DNA from: an uncultured Oscillospiraceae bacterium
GTDB lineage: Bacteria > Bacillota > Clostridia > Oscillospirales > Ruminococcaceae
NCBI GenBank assembly: GCA_964548535.1
Contig: CAZJRQ010000015.1
Location: forward strand, 1 to 55,659
Direction of reading: 5' to 3'
DNA length: 55,659 nt
Position 1 is the first letter of the stretch, and the number at the start of each line of letters is the position of its first letter. Below are positions 1-7,819 of this stretch, in pieces. Below the pieces are notes generated by a model. The model did no database searches and was not told the origin of the DNA. It saw only the letters and a program-made list of their open reading frames with translations. The translations under genes and the position numbers were made by a program.

Positions 1-72
1 ACACACTCAACATGCCCCCTTCTCGGAAACATACCAAGCGTAATATTTTTTTACATTATATCACAAAAAGCC

Positions 73-282
73 TTAATCATCAATGTCGGTATCCTCATCC
101 TCAACCACATATTCAACCTCCGACAATTCAAACCAATCCGTCGATGAGCCGTCTGAAACATTCTCTTTGACAATACCGTCCTCAATTGATTTTGCATAGA
201 CAACTTCATCGTTTCCTATATAAATTCCTATGGTATCGCTGTTAATCAAAATCAATCCAACTGTTTCAGGCATATTCTGCAT
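73..282 (-). CDS. hypothetical small acidic protein (C-terminal Asp/Glu-rich tail)
   Basis: ATG at 282 has a weak ribosome-binding site (AAAGG). The product is protein-like. The frame is continuous with the upstream ORF 352..876 across a single TAA at 352-354. Confidence 0.3.
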   Translation of the reverse strand: MQNMPETVGLILINSDTIGIYIGNDEVVYAKSIEDGIVKENVSDGSSTDWFELSEVEYVVEDEDTDIDD

Positions 283-351
283 AATGCCTTTGTTTTGAGA
301 GGAATCATATAATTCTATTGCCGATTTTCTTTCATCCTCACCAATTATTTT

Positions 352-876
352 TTATTCAGTATTGAACCATAGATATGAATACAAAAGTCCCATATTATCG
401 GCAGTTCGTAGAGATATCCACTTGTCACAATCATCTGTGATTTCAGAATTATTCATTTTAATTTGAGCATATTCCTCGCTGTATAGCACATTTCCAAAGG
501 TTTCAGGAACATATCCCCAGCTTGTTTCATATGCATTTTCTGCCCATATTGCAAGGTCAATATTATTCTTCCTCTCAAGATTTTCAAACAAATATTTGTT
601 AATACTTATATTGCTGATAACCGCATAGCTTCGCATAAATTCATCAAAGTCAATTTGCAAACCGTAAGTTTGGTTCAAGTTATTTATGAGTATTTGAATG
701 TCCATTTCAGAAAAATAAGAGCAAAAATCTGCAAAGAAATTCCCATCTGTTTCAACCTCATCAAAACACGACATATAGATTATCTGTGCCTTGACAATTT
801 GCTCTTTTAATTCAAGTTCAATTAGTTCGATTTCAATAGCAAGTCCATCATTTTCAATCTGCTCAAACACCTGCAA
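352..876 (-). CDS. hypothetical protein
   Basis: Long ORF with protein-like composition. The track start at 876 is TTG. The true start is uncertain (GTG two codons in with a GAGAG ribosome-binding site, or a later ATG). Confidence 0.4.
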   Translation of the reverse strand: MQVFEQIENDGLAIEIELIELELKEQIVKAQIIYMSCFDEVETDGNFFADFCSYFSEMDIQILINNLNQTYGLQIDFDEFMRSYAVISNISINKYLFENLERKNNIDLAIWAENAYETSWGYVPETFGNVLYSEEYAQIKMNNSEITDDCDKWISLRTADNMGLLYSYLWFNTE

Positions 877-912
877 CTCTCGGCACGAGAGTTTTGGTTC
901 AGGGGTGAGATT

Positions 913-1110
913 TTAAATATATCCGCCGAAGTCAATTTCTCCATAATCCATATTTCCCATTGAATTACCCATAGCAAGCAAAAGAAAAACTGGGAGCAAA
1001 GCTATTACAATCAGCATTGCTATAAAAGTCCCGACTACTTTCCATGTTCGCTTATCGGCTGCAAGCATGACCGCTATCTTTTTAGCGACCACCGCTACTG
1101 TTGCTGACAT
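913..1110 (-). CDS. small membrane protein, 65 aa (hydrophobic core with KK and KR flanks)
   Basis: ATG start is preceded by GGAGGGA. One clear transmembrane helix (IAMLIVIALLPVFLLLAMG). Confidence 0.5.
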   Translation of the reverse strand: MSATVAVVAKKIAVMLAADKRTWKVVGTFIAMLIVIALLPVFLLLAMGNSMGNMDYGEIDFGGYI

Positions 1111-1121
1111 ATTATCCCTCC

Positions 1122-1150
1122 GTTTCGTATTATTTTCAAAATAAAAAAGC
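1122..1150 (-). terminator. rho-independent terminator after the XRE regulator gene (GUCGC-UUCG-GCGGC stem-loop plus U-run on the minus strand)
   Basis: GC stem with a UUCG tetraloop, followed by UUUUUUAUUUUG when read on the minus strand. Confidence 0.5.
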
Positions 1151-1164
1151 CGCCGAAGCGACTT

Positions 1165-1389
1165 TCATGGTTCTTTTGGATAAGGCTTTTTCTCATAAGT
1201 TCTACCCATCAAATAATCAACACTTGTATTAAAAATATCAGCAATGCGTCCCAAAATTTCTGAAGGTACATTTCGTATCCCAGATTCATAATTTGAATAT
1301 GCAGAACGAGTAATAAATAGCTTTTCAGCCATTTGTTTTTGAGTGAAGTCTGAATCTTCTCTCAAATTTCTAATATTTTCATAAATCAT
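1165..1389 (-). CDS. XRE-family helix-turn-helix transcriptional regulator (74 aa)
   Basis: Product MIYENIRNLREDSDFTQKQMAEKLFITRSAYSNYESGIRNVPSEILGRIADIF is a typical Cro/C1-type HTH. The start was re-placed at ATG 1389, which has a GAGGTG ribosome-binding site. The track ORF from 1536 has a non-protein-like N-terminus. Confidence 0.8.
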   Translation of the reverse strand: MIYENIRNLREDSDFTQKQMAEKLFITRSAYSNYESGIRNVPSEILGRIADIFNTSVDYLMGRTYEKKPYPKEP

Positions 1390-1480
1390 TATGCAATTCA
1401 CCTCATAAATATTATACACGACACACAATGTGGCATTGACATTTGACACGAATTGTGTCATAATATTATGGGTGATAAAA

Positions 1481-1975
1481 ATGAAAGATATACAAAAAAC
1501 AAAATCCTGCACAATTTCAGGTGATTCAATAGACAAGTTTTCATTTGGCTTAGATGAGAAAGATTTGCTATGTATACATATAAAAACACATCTAATACAA
1601 ACACTTCATAGCTTTATAAAGCAAGGAATAACCGACTTTTATGTGAATTGCGAATTTGGAATACCACTTTGGGCTGCGGAAATTTTGACCGTTTTAAAAC
1701 AGACACATAAGATAACAATAAACATAGCTATTCCTTTTGAAGAGCAATCGACAAAGTGGGCTCCAAATTCGCGGGAACGATATTTTAAAGTTCATTCTTT
1801 AGCTGATGATGTTACCTTAATTGATTATCATCTTGAGTTAAATTCATATTTGAAAGCTGATATTTTCATGATAAATAATAGTCAATATCTAATGTATATC
1901 GGCAATGATATGAACTCGTTCATTTGCCAATACGCTCAAAAAAAACAGAATATAATCACTTTTTTAAAAGTTTAG
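1481..1975 (+). CDS. DUF1273 / YpsA-like SLOG-domain protein
   Basis: The motifs TISGDS, GIPLWAAE and IAIPFEEQSTKW match the B. subtilis YpsA family. ATG 1481 has a GGGTGA ribosome-binding site. The gene is divergent from the XRE regulator. Confidence 0.7.
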   Translation: MKDIQKTKSCTISGDSIDKFSFGLDEKDLLCIHIKTHLIQTLHSFIKQGITDFYVNCEFGIPLWAAEILTVLKQTHKITINIAIPFEEQSTKWAPNSRERYFKVHSLADDVTLIDYHLELNSYLKADIFMINNSQYLMYIGNDMNSFICQYAQKKQNIITFLKV

Positions 1976-2302
1976 CTACCTCCCCCCGGCCTTACCAAAC
2001 AGCTTTGCCTTGTATGGCGGAGCAATCACTTGAAGATAATACCGCTCATTGCCGCACCTGTACAAGCACGAGCCACGATCAGGGTATCTAATTAATCCAT
2101 ATTCTGACTGCTCAAGCTGAACAGTTTCCATGAATGGCTTCGGTGCAATATTACCCGGATAAAAGAAATATTGATGTGTTGGAATCGAGAACAACGGCTT
2201 TGTATACTGCAAAATTCCAATTATAGTATCCCCACGTATTCTGATATGGGTTTTGCATTTACAGGCAGGACATAATATCCATTTTATATCTTTCTGCAAC
2301 AC
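1976..2302 (-). CDS. small Cys4 zinc-ribbon protein (CPACKC ... CLYRCGNE)
   Basis: Two CxxC/CxxxC pairs. The ORF begins 1 nt downstream of the C45-family gene stop, so the two are co-transcribed. Confidence 0.5.
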   Translation of the reverse strand: MLQKDIKWILCPACKCKTHIRIRGDTIIGILQYTKPLFSIPTHQYFFYPGNIAPKPFMETVQLEQSEYGLIRYPDRGSCLYRCGNERYYLQVIAPPYKAKLFGKAGGR

Positions 2303-2303
2303 A

Positions 2304-3350
2304 TTACCCTCTCATTTTAAGGTCATGCAGTCTATTGTCTGTAATGAATTTCTTTTTTCTAGGGTCACCTTCTGCACGATAGATACACAAATTCTCTAAA
2401 TCAAATATGGAACTCCAAACAGTTTCAAAGTCTGGCTCATTATCATATTGGCACATAAAACCATACTCACCTTTTAAAAGACTCTTTGTAGTTGTGATAA
2501 AATCTTCCTTGATGCGGTCAGAAAAACTATCTATAACAACTTTATATCGTGTAGACGAGTCATAATCATTTCCATTAGCATCATCATATAGTTTCATTTC
2601 TTCGGAAGTAAAACTGTTTACCGTGCATACAATACTGTTATTATCTAACACCTCAGCTTCTCGAATCCTTTTAATAGACGGAGTACATTCTACCACAACC
2701 ATTCTACCGCTTTTATCCACAAGTAAAATATTACAATTAGAAGCTATCGGCAAATCCATAAGCAAATCTAGGGCTTGATCCGTGCTGTTAGCTTTTTCAA
2801 GCAAATATCTGACAATAAAGCAAGAATTAAAACCCGGTTTTATCTTTTTAAGCTCTGTCATTACAAAGGTCATAGCGACAGCCAGACCATGCTCATTCAA
2901 ACCTTCTTCACCATTAATAAACGAAGAAGTAGTAATGTTAAATCTGTTTCCGTTCTTTGGGGAATATATTTCACTTTTGCTTCCTATCCGTAAGTAGGGG
3001 GGTAAATCATTATTTCGACCATATATCACTCTACCGTTTTTTGAATAGGCAAAAGCTGTGCATCCCCTAATTTCAATAGGGATATTATCTTCTAAATTAT
3101 ACATACAGCATCCCATACACAACATCCAAGAAACGAAAATCAGATAGTCACAATTAATAGTATCACTAACACCTCGTATTTCTTCGCATATCTCCGGGAA
3201 AAACTCTTGGAGCTTTTTTTCGCTTTCTTTTCCATGTTGAAGTTGAAATTCGTCCAAATGCAAAGGGAATGAAATTTTTCCCTTATTAAAAATCGTTCCT
3301 CGCTTAACGCCCATCTGATAGTGGTCACCTTTTAATCTTAAATGATACAT
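2304..3350 (-). CDS. peptidase C45 family (acyl-CoA:6-aminopenicillanic-acid acyltransferase-like Ntn hydrolase/acyltransferase)
   Basis: N-terminus MYHLRLKGDHYQMGVKRG and an internal Gly-Cys (IRGCTAFA) autoproteolytic nucleophile site. The start was re-placed at ATG 3350, which has a GGGGAA ribosome-binding site. Confidence 0.7.
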   Translation of the reverse strand: MYHLRLKGDHYQMGVKRGTIFNKGKISFPLHLDEFQLQHGKESEKKLQEFFPEICEEIRGVSDTINCDYLIFVSWMLCMGCCMYNLEDNIPIEIRGCTAFAYSKNGRVIYGRNNDLPPYLRIGSKSEIYSPKNGNRFNITTSSFINGEEGLNEHGLAVAMTFVMTELKKIKPGFNSCFIVRYLLEKANSTDQALDLLMDLPIASNCNILLVDKSGRMVVVECTPSIKRIREAEVLDNNSIVCTVNSFTSEEMKLYDDANGNDYDSSTRYKVVIDSFSDRIKEDFITTTKSLLKGEYGFMCQYDNEPDFETVWSSIFDLENLCIYRAEGDPRKKKFITDNRLHDLKMRG

Positions 3351-3352
3351 AG

Positions 3353-4216
3353 TTATTTCCCCTTCTTTTTTATTGCAAACCATACCTGGGAGTGTCCTAC
3401 TCGTGGTTTTCCTTGAATAAACGGATATACTTCAACATCTGGTAGTTCCGCATATTCATATCCAGAAAACGGAAGAAACTCTGTTAAAAATCTGCGAAAT
3501 ACGCCCTGTACATCTTCTTTGAATATTCCATCATTCTCAAATACAACCCATATAGCTTTTGGGATAATATACTCTACCATTTCCCCTGATATTTCTGCAT
3601 CGCTGGAAACCGCAATGTAATAATAAATATCTTTAGGATTACGAAAAACACTCACACCTAATATGCCATCGGGATTTCCGTTGGAGTACCGTGCAATTTT
3701 GCTTATGCGATTTTCTGCCACAGCTTGTTCCCAAAACAAAGGAATATTACACATATTCTCCTCTGCATCTTCAACTAACGGAGTTCTAATTCCGACAATA
3801 CGAATACTTTCCTTTTCTTCAATATGATACGACATAGCACTACCTCCTGAAATTTTTACTATAAATTGAATTGATGGATATGCACATAACGTACATCCTG
3901 TGCTTTTTGCTATCATAGGTGTTATTCCATGAACACTTTTAAAAGCACGATTGAAGGATGTCGGTGATGAATATCCATATTTCAAAGCTATATCAATAAC
4001 CTTGCTTTCTGTTCTTTGCAATTCAAATGCAGCCTGTGTCATTTTTCTATGGCGTATGTATTCGGCCAATGACACGCCAAAAACATATGAAAAAATGCGT
4101 TGAAAATAATAAGGAGAACAACCTGCTACGCGAGCTGCCTCATCATAAGAGATTTCTTTAGTCAAATTATTTTCTATGTAATCAATGGCTGCACCGAGTT
4201 TCTTTAACCATTCCAT
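3353..4216 (-). CDS. AraC-family transcriptional regulator with C-terminal GyrI-like effector-binding domain
   Basis: N-terminal AraC HTH (SYDEAARVAGCSPYYFQRIF ... SPTSFNRAFK) plus a GyrI-like domain. ATG has a GGAGGG ribosome-binding site. Confidence 0.85.
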   Translation of the reverse strand: MEWLKKLGAAIDYIENNLTKEISYDEAARVAGCSPYYFQRIFSYVFGVSLAEYIRHRKMTQAAFELQRTESKVIDIALKYGYSSPTSFNRAFKSVHGITPMIAKSTGCTLCAYPSIQFIVKISGGSAMSYHIEEKESIRIVGIRTPLVEDAEENMCNIPLFWEQAVAENRISKIARYSNGNPDGILGVSVFRNPKDIYYYIAVSSDAEISGEMVEYIIPKAIWVVFENDGIFKEDVQGVFRRFLTEFLPFSGYEYAELPDVEVYPFIQGKPRVGHSQVWFAIKKKGK

Positions 4217-4633
4217 TGTAATTTCCCTCCTTCTTTTATTAGATTACAGCAATATTAAGGATATTTCCTCACTTTTTCTGCTCACTTTTGTCAACATCAA
4301 TTTAAGTGTACTATATTTAAAATTTTGCTGCAACTGTTTAAATATGAGATTAAACATCTACCAATCAGAAGTCCAGCTTCTACATATATCCGTTCCTTTA
4401 TTTTTACTATCTCAATTATATAGCTTTTCACCACAATTTGCAGCATGAAAGAGACCTTAAAAGTATAAAAAAACAGCCAAGATTTCTCTTGACTGCTTAA
4501 TAATTATTCTATAAAGTTTATGCGTTTGCATTACATTTGAATGTGACATGTGTACATCTACTCATTTGGCTTTATTTTATGCCATGGATTATCATTCATT
4601 TTGTCTCCCTACTTTCCATGGGTATAATTAAGA

Positions 4634-5104
4634 TCAATTAACAAACTCATATTTCATGGAAACATATTTTGAATTCGTATCAGCAAATCCCAATTTATGA
4701 TACAAATTAACACCAACTTCAGTAGCTTGCAAATCCAAATACGATAAATCCATTTTTTTAGAGTCGTTAATAGCAATCTTTAATAATTCACCGGCCAAAC
4801 CCTTTCTTCTATATTTAGGTTTTGTATATACATTCAAAATAGTTCCGATTTTTCCAGTTGGGAAATTTGGACTTGCTGGCGGTTCAGTTATAAGTAAAAA
4901 AACAGTTGAAACAATTTCCTTATCATTAAAAGCCGCATACGCAATTACCTCATTTGATAAATGCTTTTGAAAATATTCATTTAAAGAGGTTTTTAAAGCC
5001 AATATGTTTTGTTCCTCTATATCACCATAATCTTCTTCCAAAAATGCTATTCTCATATTAATCAACTTAGGTATATCATTATAATCTGCAGTTTTAAATG
5101 TCAT
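4634..5104 (-). CDS. GNAT-family N-acetyltransferase
   Basis: Acetyl-CoA binding motif RRKGLAGELL in a roughly 155 aa product. ATG has an AAGGAGGAG ribosome-binding site. Confidence 0.85.
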   Translation of the reverse strand: MTFKTADYNDIPKLINMRIAFLEEDYGDIEEQNILALKTSLNEYFQKHLSNEVIAYAAFNDKEIVSTVFLLITEPPASPNFPTGKIGTILNVYTKPKYRRKGLAGELLKIAINDSKKMDLSYLDLQATEVGVNLYHKLGFADTNSKYVSMKYEFVN

Positions 5105-5172
5105 AAATCTCCTCCTTTAAAATAATAAATTTGATAGGTTATTATACCATAAATCTCTTCTAAAAGTCAATC

Positions 5173-6183
5173 CTACGCAAACTTACTCGCCACAAACTTT
5201 CCAGCATTAACCGCCGTATTTACGGTGTGAGTCACGCTCATCATGTTCACTTTAACGCTTGTATCAAGCCCAAATTGCTGTGCTATTCTTGGGACTTCAC
5301 TAGCTGCAAGCATTACACCTATTCCAAGCAAAGCGTTGGTCTGTACTGTCAGCAAGCCTAAAAATAGCAATGTAGTCTGCAAAAAAGCAGTTAGACAAAG
5401 TGCGAAAATCTGCGTTACACAAAGCCTTGCAGGCAAGGCTTACGTTGAATCCATCTGAATATCCTCGTGGAATCGAGAACATATACAAGCTTCCCACTGC
5501 AATTTGAGCAAGTAAAATGCCCCCTCTTTTTATGTTGGCAAAGAAGATTTTGACCACGCAATATGCAAGTGCAAGTATCTCAACAATAATCAGCAAGCCG
5601 GGTATTCCAGCCATTGACTGCAACGCAAGATTTGCAGTCGTACCTAAATCAGAGCGGTTTGCTCCGATAAAAGCTCTAATCAAATCATCTGAAAAAGCTC
5701 CCTGCAAGCTTATGCAAAACTCATACAATAAAGCGGGAACTTTTGTGAACAGATTTACTGCCATAAATGCTTTTAGCACATTTATGCAAGTGCCTTGAAT
5801 ATTGGCTCTCCCAGTTTGATATTCAATTGCCACATCAAAAACCGCAACTACAAGTCCTGACACAAATAAAGCCCATCCGAAATACGAAAACAGCGTTAGA
5901 AACGCATCAACCCAGCCAAGGCTGAATATTCCAGAACCAACGCCGTTTATCATTTCAAAAAAGTCCGCTACCGCTCCGAAAATCGTTTCATATAGCCACT
6001 CAAGCATTACATCCCAAATTGCTGATGATATTGCAGAGCCTACAGATTCTACTGCACCGCCGATTAAGCCTGTTACTTTTTCGCCAATCCAGCTTATCGC
6101 ATCTCCAATTCTAATGTAGTAATTAGTGTTTTTCTCATATCTGTTATATTTAATGATAGTGGATTCGAAAAAATTCTTTTACA
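5173..6183 (-). pseudogene. disrupted multi-pass membrane protein gene (TrbL/VirB6-like topology)
   Basis: A strong ribosome-binding site (GGAGGGGAG) is followed by ATG-TAA at 6183-6178. The frame is then open and protein-like through ORF 5300..6007. The hydrophobic reading continues in ORF 5173..5436 after a 1-nt frame change near 5437-5445. The tail of 5300..6007 is Cys-rich nonsense. Confidence 0.5.
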
Positions 6184-6410
6184 TTAAAATCAACTCCCCT
6201 CCATAAACGCAAAAAAGACTATTTCAGAGATGAAATAGTCTTAAATTTATGAGCATTAAATTATATTTTTAGGGGTATACTATTAAGTTAAAGTGCCTTT
6301 GCACGGGTTCGAATCCCTTTTTTGATGAAAAAGGCTACAGATTTCGAAGAAAGATGTTATGACACTCTATGAAAATGAAGTAACATTTTCTGTGCCTAAA
6401 ACATGAAAAA

Positions 6411-6432
6411 GCCCGAAAAATCGGACTTTTTT
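6411..6432 (-). terminator. rho-independent terminator downstream of tRNA-Leu
   Basis: Stem GUCCGA/UCGGGC with a UUUU loop, then UUUUUCAUGUUUU on the minus strand. The plus strand also ends in a T-run, so it is bidirectional. Confidence 0.5.
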
Positions 6433-6461
6433 GCAATGACATCTTTTTTGGGACATCAATA

Positions 6462-6550
6462 TGGTGCCGCTAACCGGACTTGAACCGGTACGGAGTTTAA
6501 CCTCCGAGGGATTTTAAGTCCCTTGTGTCTGCCTATTCCACCACAGCGGC
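6462..6550 (-). tRNA. tRNA-Leu (anticodon UAA), 89 nt including CCA
   Basis: The reverse complement folds as a cloverleaf. Acceptor arms are GCCGCTG/TAGCGGC. The anticodon stem AGGGA/TCCCT carries loop CTTAAAA. It has a long variable arm, a T arm ACCGG-TTCAAGT-CCGGT and a 3' ACCA. Confidence 0.9.
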
Positions 6551-6812
6551 AATAATCAACTAATATATTATACTACTTTTCATTTGACTTGTCAAGCATT
6601 TTTTAAACATTTCTTCAAATTGCATTTTTATATTGTACTAAAAAATAAAAATATTAGTTTCATTAGGAGCATTATACCATTTATTGTCTTGCAATTCCTA
6701 ATCACTAACAATATTTATGTATAATAAGTATATAAAATCACCTAAAATTTAGCTTGTTTTTGTTATAATTTGCAGATAAATTTCCAAAACACTAAATTCC
6801 TATTGACATTAT

Positions 6813-6846
6813 ATGATTTTTGGTGTATCATTACACATTGCCATAC
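6813..6846 (+). promoter_or_regulatory. sigma-70-type promoter for the dehydratase cluster
   Basis: TTGACA, a 17-nt spacer, then TATCAT. It lies about 95 nt upstream of ATG 6939. Confidence 0.4.
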
Positions 6847-6938
6847 AAAACATATCAACTTACTATAGAATAAAATATTCTTTGAATATCAAATTCAATT
6901 ATTAATATAGCAAGTTATAAGGATAACGGAGGAGAATT

Positions 6939-7801
6939 ATGGCACTTAATAAAGTTAACATTGTTGATGTAATTGATCAAAAAAAGATTCCCGATATTAG
7001 TAAGGCAATAACAGTTGGCGTAGATATTGGTTCGCGCCAGTCAAAGGCGATTTTGATATATGGAGATTCACTATACACCGTAACACCGCTAGCGGCGTAG
7101 ATTCACAGGAAACCGCTGATAAACTAATTGAAAAATTAACAAAAAACGCTGGTATAAATAGAAGTGAGATTCAGGCAATTGTCGGAACTGGTTATGGACG
7201 TATTGCTATGCAATTTGATGGCATAAAGACAGGCGTGCTGACAGAAATAACTTGTCACGCTTTGGGCGCTCATTTCCTAAATGCTGGCACTCGTACAATT
7301 ATAGATATCGGAGGTCAGGACTGTAAATCTATTAAAATTGATCCTGAAAATGGTAAAGTAATTGAATTTCTTATGAATGATAAATGTGCAGCTGGTACTG
7401 GTAGATTTTTAGAAAAAACAGCTGAGATGCTTGAATATTCTCTTGAAGAACTAGGCGACAGAGCCCTGGAGTCAAAGAAAAAGCTTGAAATCAGCAGCCA
7501 ATGTGTTGTATTTGCAGAATCAGAGATTATTTCTCTAAAAGCAAATGGAGAAAAGAGCCAGGATATCGCTGCTGGAATCCACTTCGCAACTGCTAGAAGA
7601 GTTAAAAATATGGTCCAAAGAATTGGACTCGAACCAGAACTTGTTTTCACAGGCGGTGTTTCAAACAACATCGGTATGAAAAATGCTCTTGAGCAAGTCT
7701 TAAAACATCCTATAAAAAGCACGAAGTTAGACATGGTTTACGGCGGCGCTTTAGGTGCGGCTATACTTGCACAAAGAATGCTTAATGAAGAAAATAATTA
7801 A
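6939..7801 (+). pseudogene. frameshifted CoA-substrate-specific enzyme activase (HgdC/BcrAD/BadFG ASKHA ATPase)
   Basis: ATG 6939 has a GGAGGAG ribosome-binding site and reads MALNKV...GVDIGSRQSKAILIY, then stops at TAG 7098. The rest of the protein (DSQETADKL...GTGYGRIAMQF...) is open in another frame from 7004 to 7801. Alignment to the paralogous N-terminus of the 7820 gene places the 1-nt indel at about 7086-7095. Confidence 0.7.
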
Positions 7802-7819
7802 TTTTGAGGTGAATTTTTG

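Noticed and set aside
6270-6330. Second complete tRNA gene
   Set aside because: Only a T-arm-like hairpin is present. No acceptor, D or anticodon arms can be paired, and the segment is too short to be a tRNA.
7080-7100. Programmed ribosomal frameshift in the activase gene
   Set aside because: There is no slippery heptamer and no downstream stimulatory structure. The site is a GC-rich palindrome more consistent with a mutation or indel error.
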